A stretch of DNA of 64,000 nucleotides from Nitrospirota bacterium (GTDB lineage Bacteria; Nitrospirota; Thermodesulfovibrionia; Thermodesulfovibrionales; SM23-35). Location of the stretch: NCBI GenBank assembly GCA_040754395.1, contig JBFMCL010000010.1, forward strand, positions 43,620 to 107,619, given 5' to 3'. Under the pieces are notes generated by a model. The model was not told the origin of the DNA, made no database searches, and worked only from the letters and a program-made list of their open reading frames with translations. The translations under genes and the position numbers were made by a program. Of the stretch, positions 38,318 through 47,643 are shown one piece after another (the stretch's first letter is position 1; every line of letters starts with the position of its first letter).

Positions 38318-39025
38318 ATGTCTGATGAAAAGTGCATACTCCTTTTTGTAAAAACCCCCGCACGGGGGAAGGTAAAATCGCGCCTCGCAGCGGAACTGGG
38401 CGAAGAGAGTGCCCTGCACCTGTATGAAAATTTTGTCCTTGATATGCTGGATACCCTGAAAGGGGTGGAACACAGGCTGAAAATCTGTTTCTTTCCCCCG
38501 GATTCGGAAAAACAGCTGACTGACTGGCTCGGAGAAGGCTATGCATATCTGCCCCAGAGAGGTTCCGATCTGGGTGAAAGAATGAAGAATGCCTTTCTCG
38601 CTGCCTTTGCGGAAGGGTTTTCCAGGGTCCTGATCATCGGCAGTGACATCCCGGATATCCCATATGCACTGCTCAATGAGGCACTGGCATCAGACACAGC
38701 CGATGCAGTCATCGGACCGTCATCTGACGGAGGCTATTATCTGATCGGGTTTACGCGTCACTCCTTTCTCCCTGACATATTCAGCGGGATCGCGTGGGGC
38801 ACTGATACAGTCTTCGAAAAGACAATGGAGATATTTGCGGAACGCAGGAGCAACGTGCACCTGCTGCCGCAATGGCAGGATGTGGACAGGCTCCGGGATC
38901 TCAGGGAGTTGTTTGCGAGAAACAGGGATTCGCAGTTTGCAGAATCAAGGACAATGGCGATTCTGAGGGAAAATCAGGAAACGTTTTTTCAATACACAGG
39001 ACGGGGTTTCACGACACACCAATGA
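38318..39025 (+). CDS. TIGR04282/DUF2064-type transferase (CofC-like nucleotidyl/glycosyltransferase fold)
   Basis: FVKTP..GKVKSRL, QRGSDLGERM, IGSDIP, GPSSDGGYYLIG, DVD. Confidence 0.88.
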   Translation: MSDEKCILLFVKTPARGKVKSRLAAELGEESALHLYENFVLDMLDTLKGVEHRLKICFFPPDSEKQLTDWLGEGYAYLPQRGSDLGERMKNAFLAAFAEGFSRVLIIGSDIPDIPYALLNEALASDTADAVIGPSSDGGYYLIGFTRHSFLPDIFSGIAWGTDTVFEKTMEIFAERRSNVHLLPQWQDVDRLRDLRELFARNRDSQFAESRTMAILRENQETFFQYTGRGFTTHQ

Positions 39026-39714
39026 ACCATGCATTTTCCGTGGTAATTCCGGTCCTCAGTGAGTCATCGATAATCAACCGGACTGTTGAGCATGTCTGCA
39101 ATGCGGGGGCAGGCGTTAGTCTCGAAGTGATAGTGGTCGATGGAGATCCCGGGGGAAGTACGATCCGCTGCATTCGCCATGAAAAGGCGGTGACGCTGAT
39201 ATCTCCGAAAGGCCGTGGGCGGCAGATGAATACAGGGGCATCTGTTGCCCGCGGAGATATCCTGCTGTTCCTTCATGCGGATACGGAACTTCCTGACCAG
39301 GCCTTCAGCGCCATCGCGTCATGTATCGACAATCACTATGCAGGAGGGGCATTCGATCTGGGCATCAAATCGCAGCGGTTTGTATTCAGGCTGATCGAAC
39401 AGATGGTCCGCATCCGGACACGTCTTACCGGGATACCATACGGGGATCAGGCCATTTTTGTCACAAAGGAGTGTTTTGCAGAGGTGAAGGGGTTCAGGGA
39501 GATTCCGGTCATGGAAGACGTTGACTTCATGAGGCGCATTAAAAGGGCTGCACGCAGGTTCTGCATCATTCCATGCAAGGTAATGACGTCTTCACGGAGG
39601 TGGGAGAAAGAGGGCGTGCTCTTCTGCACACTGCGCAACTGGATGCTGATCAGTCTTTACCTGTTGGGCGTGCATCCTGACAGGCTGACAAAATTCTATC
39701 ACAGAGACCCCTGA
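39022..39714 (+). CDS. TIGR04283-type family-2 glycosyltransferase
   Basis: SVVIPVL, VVDG, GRGRQMNTGA, LFLHADT, YGDQAIF, MEDVD, TSSRRW; ATGA overlap with the upstream gene. Confidence 0.9.
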   Translation: MNHAFSVVIPVLSESSIINRTVEHVCNAGAGVSLEVIVVDGDPGGSTIRCIRHEKAVTLISPKGRGRQMNTGASVARGDILLFLHADTELPDQAFSAIASCIDNHYAGGAFDLGIKSQRFVFRLIEQMVRIRTRLTGIPYGDQAIFVTKECFAEVKGFREIPVMEDVDFMRRIKRAARRFCIIPCKVMTSSRRWEKEGVLFCTLRNWMLISLYLLGVHPDRLTKFYHRDP

Positions 39715-39887
39715 CCCTGAATTGACCGCAGAACTGCCCTCTGAAAATCCTGTTCCGCTGTTCCCCGGAAATTCCCATGAGGATTCGGTGATACTTTATA
39801 ATACTACCAGGGCATGAATAAACATCGTCCGCAAGGGAACGGGCTGAGTACCCGGGATAACGACTCAATTAATACACAGGGAGTACC

Positions 39888-41252
39888 ATGTTTGACAGAT
39901 TACGGTCTATACTTTCGCACGCAACAGCTGAGTATGCGGATATCCGGTACGAGGTAAAAAAGGATACAAGGATAGTTTTTCACGGAAGGGAGCTTTTTCA
40001 TATCGGCTCGAACGCAACGGACGGGTTTGTCGTAAGAATCCTGAAAGACGGGGGATTGTCTTCTGTTGCATTCACGCGTGCGGAGGATGCCGTAAAAGCG
40101 GTAAGCACTGTGCAGGAAAATGCCGCACTCATGGCCAGCCATGCAAAAAAACCTGTGGTGTTTGCGAATACCGATGCGATTAAGGATACGTTCCTTCCTG
40201 ATATCGAAGAGGACCCCCGGATTATCCATATCGATGAGAAACTCCGGCTGACAGAGCACTATAATTCCATACCGATACGGCACGAAAAGATAGCCACGAC
40301 ACATATCCACTACAGCGAAGTCATACGCGAAAAGCACTTCCTGAGTACAGAGGGATCTGAAATAAGGGAAGATCTTATTACTACCTATGTGGGAGGAATG
40401 ATTACCAGCAAGGACGGGACATTGACACAGAATGTACGGGTATCTGCAGGGGGGAGTCACGGGTTTGCGCTGCTCAGGAACCAGGAAGAGGAATTCGAGA
40501 AAAAAACCGCAATAGCCATAGATCTGCTTTCTGCACAGCCGGTGCAAGGGGGCACATATAATGTGGTGCTCAATCAGGACCTGGCAGGCGTTTTTACCCA
40601 TGAGGCATTCGGGCATTTCTCAGAGGCTGATCTGATTGAGGATTCCCCGACCATGAGGGAAAGGATGCAGATCGGCGCATGTCTTGGCAGCGAAGTGCTC
40701 AGCATCACTGATGACCCTACCGTGCCGCGGCAGCTGGGTTTTTACTGCTACGACGATGAAGGGGTGAAGGCGCGTCCTGTAACACTGATGAAACAGGGCG
40801 TCCTTGCGGGCCGTCTGCATTCAAGGAGAACTGCTGCTGCCTTCGGAGAGGCATTGACCGGACATTGTGTCGCGGAGGATTACCGGTATGCCCCATTGGT
40901 GAGGATGGGGAACATATTTATCGAACCCGGCATGCATTCCCTTGAAGACCTCCTGTCGATGCTTGGAGACGGCTTGTATATTCTTGATCATAAGGGGGGA
41001 CAGACGAGCGGGGAAAATTTTACCTTCGGCGCACAATACGGCTATATCGTGAAGAGAGGCAGGATCGGGTCCATGATACGGGACATAAACATTTCCGGCA
41101 ACCTTTATCATACCCTCAAGAACATCTCTGCAGTCGGGAACGATCTTGTGCTGAGTAATTCAGGGGGATGCGGGAAAGGGCAGCTGAATATCCGCTCCTG
41201 TCACGGGGCTCCTCATACGCTCGTCAATACGGTGATTATAGGAGGAATATAA
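39888..41252 (+). CDS. tldD: TldD-family metalloprotease, catalytic-type subunit
   Basis: HEAFGH zinc motif, DDEGV, RMGNIFI, GCGKG. Confidence 0.88.
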   Translation: MFDRLRSILSHATAEYADIRYEVKKDTRIVFHGRELFHIGSNATDGFVVRILKDGGLSSVAFTRAEDAVKAVSTVQENAALMASHAKKPVVFANTDAIKDTFLPDIEEDPRIIHIDEKLRLTEHYNSIPIRHEKIATTHIHYSEVIREKHFLSTEGSEIREDLITTYVGGMITSKDGTLTQNVRVSAGGSHGFALLRNQEEEFEKKTAIAIDLLSAQPVQGGTYNVVLNQDLAGVFTHEAFGHFSEADLIEDSPTMRERMQIGACLGSEVLSITDDPTVPRQLGFYCYDDEGVKARPVTLMKQGVLAGRLHSRRTAAAFGEALTGHCVAEDYRYAPLVRMGNIFIEPGMHSLEDLLSMLGDGLYILDHKGGQTSGENFTFGAQYGYIVKRGRIGSMIRDINISGNLYHTLKNISAVGNDLVLSNSGGCGKGQLNIRSCHGAPHTLVNTVIIGGI

Positions 41253-42544
41253 TGGAACACCTCCTGGAGAAAGCCGGAAAAATCTGTGACCAGGCAGAGG
41301 TGTACGCCTCGGAGAGCAGGGGAGACAGGGTATCCTTCGAGAACGGGCGGTTAAAGGACATTGAGAGCAGCTTCCAGTACGGAGTGAGCCTGCGGATCAT
41401 CAGGGATAATATACTGGGGTTTGCCTACACGAAAAATCTTGCGGACGAAGACGAACTTATACGGAACGCCCTTGATTCCCTGAAGGGAGGTGTAGAAGGT
41501 TCCTTTCGCCTTCCCCTCACAGAGAGAGTGCCTTCCCTGGATACCTTCGATGCTTCTCTCGAGACCCTCACGAATTCCGCACTGGTCGGGGAAAGCGCAA
41601 GGATATGTGATCTCCTGTCCCAGAAGACGAAAGGACAGATCAATGTATCGGCGAACAGGTCGGTTCACAGGAAAAGGCTCATGAACAGTTCAGGGTCAGA
41701 CCTTGGCCTTCGGTCATCCGCATATGTGCTGAATGCACGGGTCCTTTATCCCTATTCCTCTGCATCCCTGAACCGCCCCCATGTCGTAAAAACTTTCAAA
41801 AGAGTCCCTGATGAATACCTGGATCATCTTGCCGGAATGTACAATCAGTCAGTAAGGGAAGCGACGCCTGACCGGAAGAAACTGAAAGTCCTGTTTCTTC
41901 CTGAAACTGTCTATGTGCTCATGTGGAGACTGCAGCACGCGGTCAACGGGATGAGCATCTACCAGAGAACATCGCCTCTTGCAGGAAAATTGGGCGAGAA
42001 GATATTTGATGAAAAACTCACTGTCGTGAATGATCCTCTGAATGATTCTCTTCCCGGTGCAAGGGCATTTGATGATGAAGGGACCCTGTGCGGCAGCTTC
42101 CCTTTGGTCGAACGCGGTGTGCTCCGCAATTTCTGTTATGATCTGTATTTTGCCAGCAAGCTGAAAACCGTCTCCTCAGGGCATGGATTCAAAGGATCGT
42201 TTTCGTCAAAGCCGCTTCCGTCGCTCAATCATCTTGTGATCATGCCCGGCAGCAGATCATTTTCCGAAATCGTGCAGTCCGTTGACTTCGGCATAATCGT
42301 TGCCGGAGCGCTGGGTGCACACAGCGGCAACATACCCAACGGGGACTTCTCTGTAGGTGTTTCACCTGCACTCTATATTGAGAAGGGCGAAATAACCGGG
42401 CATATAAAAGATGTGATGGTCGCCGGCAACATATACCACGCCCTGTCAGATATCATTGAGGTGGAGAACACCCTGCATCCCTCTTTCGGAGGCGAATTCC
42501 CTGCGCTGTTACTGGACAATGTCCACGTAACGTGCAAAACATAG
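41252..42544 (+). CDS. pmbA: PmbA/TldE-family partner subunit
   Basis: FDDEG, GDFSVG, MVAGNI; no HExxxH; TAATG coupling to tldD. Confidence 0.85.
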   Translation: MEHLLEKAGKICDQAEVYASESRGDRVSFENGRLKDIESSFQYGVSLRIIRDNILGFAYTKNLADEDELIRNALDSLKGGVEGSFRLPLTERVPSLDTFDASLETLTNSALVGESARICDLLSQKTKGQINVSANRSVHRKRLMNSSGSDLGLRSSAYVLNARVLYPYSSASLNRPHVVKTFKRVPDEYLDHLAGMYNQSVREATPDRKKLKVLFLPETVYVLMWRLQHAVNGMSIYQRTSPLAGKLGEKIFDEKLTVVNDPLNDSLPGARAFDDEGTLCGSFPLVERGVLRNFCYDLYFASKLKTVSSGHGFKGSFSSKPLPSLNHLVIMPGSRSFSEIVQSVDFGIIVAGALGAHSGNIPNGDFSVGVSPALYIEKGEITGHIKDVMVAGNIYHALSDIIEVENTLHPSFGGEFPALLLDNVHVTCKT

Positions 42545-42669
42545 TCCTGACTTACCGTCCCCGGGGATTCACCCTCATCACGTCAGCAGTATTGTATACG
42601 CAATAGCTGCGGGAAACTGGTAATATACAGCAAGTTTCCTTGACATCTCATGTGCAGAAAGACACATCC

Positions 42670-43563
42670 ATGAAAATATTGTTGCCGACAGACGGCTCGG
42701 AAAACGCTGAATCAGCAGCACTGTTTCTGAAGCGGCTCAATCTGACGTCCGGAGACGAGATTACCCTGCTTCATGTAATCAGTGATGACCCGTTTCAGGA
42801 TAAAGATGATTACTATTATTTGCGGATCAGACAGATCAAACAGGCAGTGGCACCAGGGATACTGCACGCTGCAGAAAACAGTCTGAGACCCGTTGCGGCA
42901 GTAATCCGCACCGCGGTCATGAACGGGTATCCTGATCAGTGTATCGTTGAAGCTGCGGTTGCTGCGGACGCTGACCTTATCATCATGGGGCCAAAGCGGC
43001 TGAAGGGAATTCGGTCACATATCGTGGGAAGCGTGACAAAATCCGTATCTATCAGTTCTCCCAAACCGGTTCTGGTGATCAAGCCTGTCAAAAAAGACAC
43101 GCAGGACAGGATTACCATACTTTTTACTACAGACGGTTCTGATCATGCCAAAAAAGCAGGAGAGACATTGATGGGAATCCCGTTTCATGACAACGCGGAA
43201 GTAACCGTCCTGAATGTAACAGCCCCTGCCTTCCATGACATTCCGGAAAGGTTCATGTCCAGTATAGATGCGGGATTCACGGAAGACCTGAAAACATACA
43301 GCGTTGCTGAATCAGAGAAATCTCACACGATTCTCGAACAGGCAAGGGAGCATTTACGCGGGAAATTCTCCCGTATCAGCGTGCGTGCAAAGACCGGGGA
43401 ACCATCAGATGAAATACTTCAGACCGCACATGATATCGGTGCGGACATGATTGTCCTTGGCAGCAAGGGCATGGGAGGGTTTAAAGGGGTAGTAGGCAGC
43501 ATATCCAGATATATCCTCAGCGTTGCGGAATGTTCTGTGCTGGTCGCAAAAATACAGGGGTAA
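42670..43563 (+). CDS. Tandem universal stress protein (two USP domains)
   Basis: ILLPTDGS...GSV and LFTTDGS...GSKGMG...GSIS repeats. Confidence 0.92.
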   Translation: MKILLPTDGSENAESAALFLKRLNLTSGDEITLLHVISDDPFQDKDDYYYLRIRQIKQAVAPGILHAAENSLRPVAAVIRTAVMNGYPDQCIVEAAVAADADLIIMGPKRLKGIRSHIVGSVTKSVSISSPKPVLVIKPVKKDTQDRITILFTTDGSDHAKKAGETLMGIPFHDNAEVTVLNVTAPAFHDIPERFMSSIDAGFTEDLKTYSVAESEKSHTILEQAREHLRGKFSRISVRAKTGEPSDEILQTAHDIGADMIVLGSKGMGGFKGVVGSISRYILSVAECSVLVAKIQG

Positions 43564-43587
43564 ACGAATTAGGGAACAGAAGATCGT

Positions 43588-44274
43588 CTATCGCGTTTTT
43601 CTTCTCGGCCAGTTTTCGACGAATGAGACGATCTGCAGGCTGACCGAAGAGGGAAGGTCAACAAACCGTACCCCATAGTCTTTCAGTCCGGGTTCTTTGT
43701 CCGTTACTCTCACTACGACCCCATCGGCATGGATCCGAATTGAATTCGGGAGAAAAAAAGAACAGCTTATCCTGTCGCCTTCCTTCAGAACCCTGTCTGT
43801 TTCGAGCAGGATTCCCGATGCGCTGATATTCTGCGAGGTACAGAAAAAAGGCGGATCGTGTACGTCACCGCTCAGGGAAACCTTCACGACAACCCGGTAA
43901 GACGTCCTCTCTGAAATATTCAGAAGCTGCAAGACCTTCCACAAGAACGTTGCGGGTGCCAGAGGCTCGGTGATGTAGTCGCTTGCCCCGCACGTGAGGC
44001 ACCTTTCGATGTCGGCCAGGGAGTCCGGACAGACTATGAGTATCGATACCTTTTTCAGCATATCATCCCCCCTGATAGTTGCACAGAACTGTTCACAGGG
44101 CAGATCAGAAAAATCCAGTGCGGCAATGATAAGATCCACATTTTCCTTCCGGTGAATGTCCAGTGCCTCATGCCCTGACTTTACGTAGAAAACAGTATTG
44201 TCATATCCGGCAAGCAGGCTTACATGCTGCCGGACGAAATCCTTCAGGGTATCGGTGATGATGATCTTTTTCAT
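43588..44274 (-). CDS. Pseudo-receiver + PilZ protein
   Basis: REC fold with DLIIAALD (phospho-Asp replaced) and YITEP (Lys replaced); PilZ motifs RTSYR and NISASG. Confidence 0.8.
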   Translation of the reverse strand: MKKIIITDTLKDFVRQHVSLLAGYDNTVFYVKSGHEALDIHRKENVDLIIAALDFSDLPCEQFCATIRGDDMLKKVSILIVCPDSLADIERCLTCGASDYITEPLAPATFLWKVLQLLNISERTSYRVVVKVSLSGDVHDPPFFCTSQNISASGILLETDRVLKEGDRISCSFFLPNSIRIHADGVVVRVTDKEPGLKDYGVRFVDLPSSVSLQIVSFVENWPRRKTR

Positions 44275-44487
44275 GGTGGTGATCCTGTGACAGTCTCCGG
44301 CAAAAGAGACAGTCTTCTCCTTTCCGTCAAGAAAATGTTTTACAGATATTATGAGGGTATCGCTGCCTGAATGCAAATACACCGATCAGATGTGAACATA
44401 TCGTCATTTTTCTGCTCCTTCGGCAGGCAGGAAAAAATCCCGCATTAGTGCTTTATAAACAAATAAGAAAATGTTATAATATTTTCC

Positions 44488-44697
44488 ATGAAGCCGAAAT
44501 ACAGAGAAAAAACACAAACGGGCTTTTTGTGCACACGGTACAGCTGCTCATTCACCAGTTCCGATTTCTGCAGGAAAAGAGCGGAAAACAATGTAAGTGA
44601 ATGTCCTGCCTGCACAGGAATCAGACCGGGGGACAAGCGCAAGTCATCAAATCTTGAGTTCTGCGTGAAGCGCATGAAACCCAAAAAAGCAGCCTGA
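44488..44697 (+). CDS. Small 69-aa Cys-rich protein, probably leaderless
   Basis: Extended -10 TGTTATAAT (44472-44480) 7 nt before ATG; C-x4-C-x7-C-x10-CxxC pattern. Confidence 0.45.
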   Translation: MKPKYREKTQTGFLCTRYSCSFTSSDFCRKRAENNVSECPACTGIRPGDKRKSSNLEFCVKRMKPKKAA

Positions 44698-45126
44698 TTC
44701 CGGTATCTCTGAGGGGAGTGACCAGGTAATAATCGTTCAGCGCCATCTCTTTCCGGCGTACCCTGAATGGTTATACCAATCCGGATGCATCAATTCCGCA
44801 GAGGGATTTCCGCGGAGCGCAGATATTGACTGGCAATCCGGCCAGAAGCCCTAAGGAACGCGTGCATGTATGCGTTTTTCAGTGTGGAAGTGCGTGTGTT
44901 GCCTGCTGACACCTCATGAAGGAGCGCATCCCGGCTGGAGATAGAACAGTATTGTATCCCTTCAGACATATCATTACTCGTGCCGGAGCATCGGATTGAC
45001 TCAGACATCACAAATCCTTTAGACTTTAAACTCTTGTTTAGGTGTGCCTGCACGGTTATACCCGCAGTTTCCGAAGGGCCGAGTTCCCTGAAAAGACTCA
45101 ATTTTTAACAGAGAGGGTGAGAAATC

Positions 45127-46617
45127 ATGTCTGATGAGCATATCGAAAATAATTCCACTGGCAATGAAATGCACGGAGAACAGGAAGAGGACTTCGCCGT
45201 ACTGTTCGCACAGAGCAATATGGCCGAAAGGCTGTTTCCCGGGCAGAAGGTCAGGGCACAGGTGGTGAGTATATCGGGCGAATTTGTATACATCGACCTT
45301 GGCGGAAAAACTGAAGGCGCGATAGACCTGAACGAATTCGTCAGTAAGGATGGTGGAATCGGTGTCCGCGAGGGTGATGAGATAGAGGCGTTTTTTGTCT
45401 CTGTCCAGGACGGTCTTCTGAAGCTCACGACCCTTATAGGCGGGTATTCAGCAGCGACATTGCACGCAATCAGGGATGCGCACGAAGCCGGCGTTCCGGT
45501 GAACGGAGATGTCAAGCGGGAGATTAGGGGAGGCTTCGAGATATCAGTGGGAGGCGTAAGATGTTTCTGTCCTTTTTCTCAGATAGACCTGAAAGGTGGA
45601 AGTGACAATAACGGGTATGTCAGACGGACATTCCCCTTTAAAGTACTCGAATACAGAGATGAAGGAAAAAAAATAGTCCTCTCAAGGCGGGTGCTCCTTG
45701 AACAGGAGAAGGAGGAAAAGGTCCGGAAGTTAAGGGAGACCCTCGTTGAGGGCATGGATGTCCCTGCAGAAGTGAAATCCGTACAGAAGTTCGGGGTTTT
45801 CGTAGACCTGGGAGGCATTGACGGACTTATTCCCGTAAGCGAAATATCGTGGGACAGGAATATCAGTCCCGGGGACGTGCTCTCTGTCGGGCAACACATC
45901 AGTGCAAGGATTCTTTCTCTGGACTGGGAGAAAAACCGTATCACTTTGAGTTACAAGGCGATGCAGCCTGATCCCTGGGACTCTGCAGCGGTCAGGTATC
46001 CGGCAGACAGCAGAGTGAGCGGCACTGTTGTACGTCTGTCTCCCTTTGGAGCTTTTGTCAGGCTTGAACCCGGCATTGACGGCCTCGTCCATATCTCCAA
46101 TCTCGGCGCCGGAAGAAGGATCAACCATCCGAAGGAAGTTGTGGCAACTGGTCAATGGGTGGATGTCTATGTGCTCTCGGTAGACCCGCAGAACCGGAAG
46201 ATTGCGCTCTCCATGCAGCCGAGGGTTGAGCCGGCTAAGATCATTCTCCCCTCCGAGGGAGATATCGTAGACGGAATAGTCGAAAGAATCATGCCGTACG
46301 GGATATTTGTAAAATTGAATACCGGCATTACCGGTCTGGTACCGAACCAGGAAATGGGAACTCCCTCAGGCACAGATCACAGGAGCATGTTCCCTCCCGG
46401 CAGAGAGATGCAGGTTGCGGTGATTGAAGTGGATACGGTTCACAACAAGGTCCGCCTCAGCCGCAAGGCGGTGCTCGAAAAGACTGCACAGGATGAGTTT
46501 AGAGAGTACACGGAATCTGTCAGGAAATCTGCTGCATCCTCTGGAGGACTCGGAAATTTGGGCGACATCCTGAAGTCTAAACTGGAAGAAAAAAACGGGG
46601 TCAGGTCTCAACATTAA
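45127..46617 (+). CDS. rpsA: Ribosomal protein S1-like multi-S1-domain protein (probable paralog)
   Basis: Repeated S1 motifs (YIDLGGKTEG, FGVFVDLGGIDGLIPVSEISW, FGAFVRL..GIDGLVHISNL); last codons and stop lie within the transposon-end repeat. Confidence 0.8.
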   Translation: MSDEHIENNSTGNEMHGEQEEDFAVLFAQSNMAERLFPGQKVRAQVVSISGEFVYIDLGGKTEGAIDLNEFVSKDGGIGVREGDEIEAFFVSVQDGLLKLTTLIGGYSAATLHAIRDAHEAGVPVNGDVKREIRGGFEISVGGVRCFCPFSQIDLKGGSDNNGYVRRTFPFKVLEYRDEGKKIVLSRRVLLEQEKEEKVRKLRETLVEGMDVPAEVKSVQKFGVFVDLGGIDGLIPVSEISWDRNISPGDVLSVGQHISARILSLDWEKNRITLSYKAMQPDPWDSAAVRYPADSRVSGTVVRLSPFGAFVRLEPGIDGLVHISNLGAGRRINHPKEVVATGQWVDVYVLSVDPQNRKIALSMQPRVEPAKIILPSEGDIVDGIVERIMPYGIFVKLNTGITGLVPNQEMGTPSGTDHRSMFPPGREMQVAVIEVDTVHNKVRLSRKAVLEKTAQDEFREYTESVRKSAASSGGLGNLGDILKSKLEEKNGVRSQH

Positions 46618-46643
46618 ACATTTCTTGTTCCTGCCCTCTCACG

Positions 46644-47558
46644 CTAAATGGTTGTCTTGTTTTTCGTCTTCTCTTCATACCGCTTGCATGCCTGGGAGAC
46701 CGCGGCATAATCCATCTGGAACAAGGCGCCTATTTCTCTCAGGCTCATTGGGGTGAACTGCTTTATCAGAAAGAGTGTCATCTGGCGCAGAAAATTGCCC
46801 CTCCTCCTGCTAAGTATTTCTTCCCTGGAGACTGAAAACTCAGACATGACTTGCTGAATGATCTCTTCAGCCGTATGTGCGGTGAGCATTCTGGTCTCCG
46901 GAATCTCCCGCATATTGCCTATTTGTTCCGCCCGTTCCCTGATGGCGTGCAGGAAGTCTTCATCGCCAAGCACAACGCCCCTGAAGGAGTCTTTCACAGG
47001 GTTCTCCATCTTCAGATTTTCCATCACATACGATTCGTATTTCTTTCGGGACCTCTCAGGATCAGTGTCAAACTGCTCCAGAATAAACCCTGTATCGAGC
47101 TTTACCGATGATTTCTCTCCAATGACATAACCTCGATAACTGCTCCACGGATATCCCTTTAAATTTTCGACAATACCTGCCCTGTAAGGATTGAGATGGA
47201 TATACGTAGAGAGCTGGATTCCATAATTGTTCTCATCGACAAGGAGGGATTTGTATCTTCCCTGGAAAACCACCCCCACAAGTTTATGACGCGCCTTGAA
47301 CCAGTTGACGTAGGAGGTGTTGAGATAGTGCATGCCTTCAGAGATATTGGCCAAAGGGGTCTTAAGGAAAAGATGGTAATGGTTGTCCATGAGACAATAC
47401 GCAAAACAGACAAAAGAATATTTCAGGCAGGTCTCATTAATCTTCCGGAGGAATGTCTGCCGGTCTTCATCATCATGAAAGACTGGTTCCCTCCGGTTGC
47501 CCCGGACAGTGATATGATACACTGCATTCTCAAAGGAGAGCCTCAAAGGTCTCGCCAT
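46644..47558 (-). CDS. RAYT/Y1-type HUH transposase with C-terminal DnaA-C-like HTH
   Basis: MARPLR, YHITVRGN, YCLMDNHYHL (HUH), QGRYKS, YIHLNP (catalytic Tyr), WSSY; HTH SLREIGALF. Confidence 0.92.
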   Translation of the reverse strand: MARPLRLSFENAVYHITVRGNRREPVFHDDEDRQTFLRKINETCLKYSFVCFAYCLMDNHYHLFLKTPLANISEGMHYLNTSYVNWFKARHKLVGVVFQGRYKSLLVDENNYGIQLSTYIHLNPYRAGIVENLKGYPWSSYRGYVIGEKSSVKLDTGFILEQFDTDPERSRKKYESYVMENLKMENPVKDSFRGVVLGDEDFLHAIRERAEQIGNMREIPETRMLTAHTAEEIIQQVMSEFSVSREEILSRRRGNFLRQMTLFLIKQFTPMSLREIGALFQMDYAAVSQACKRYEEKTKNKTTI

Positions 47559-47564
47559 ATTGGG

Positions 47565-47593
47565 AGATTACCACACAAGGCTATTTATGTCAA
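47565..47593 (-). promoter_or_regulatory. Transposase promoter partly embedded in the terminal repeat; predicts a leaderless mRNA
   Basis: Minus strand TTGACA (47588-47593), 17 nt, TG-n-TAATCT (47565-47570), 6 nt, ATG; no SD. Confidence 0.6.
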
Positions 47594-47605
47594 ATTTTGA
47601 GACCT

Positions 47606-47627
47606 GACCCCGTTAAGACCCCGTTAA
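47606..47627. repeat. 11-bp tandem duplication at the right element end
   Basis: GACCCCGTTAA at 47606-47616 and 47617-47627. Confidence 0.85.
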
Positions 47628-47643
47628 TTTTTATAAAGCGACA

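Larger units (their letters stand above)
46594..47614 (-). mobile_element. Putative transposable element: HUH transposase bounded by terminal inverted repeats
   Basis: AACGGGGTCAGGTCTCAA (46594-46611) is the exact reverse complement of 47597-47614; the match extends to 25/28 nt. Confidence 0.75.

Noticed and set aside
42586-42639. Two short hairpins upstream of the USP gene as a riboswitch
   Set aside because: No match to fluoride, c-di-AMP or c-di-GMP consensus that I can recognise; short stems may be chance or a terminator.
44700-45120. Long leader before the S1-like gene and the 103-aa minus ORF 44790-45101
   Set aside because: No recognisable riboswitch, RNA family or protein motif by eye; would need an Rfam scan.
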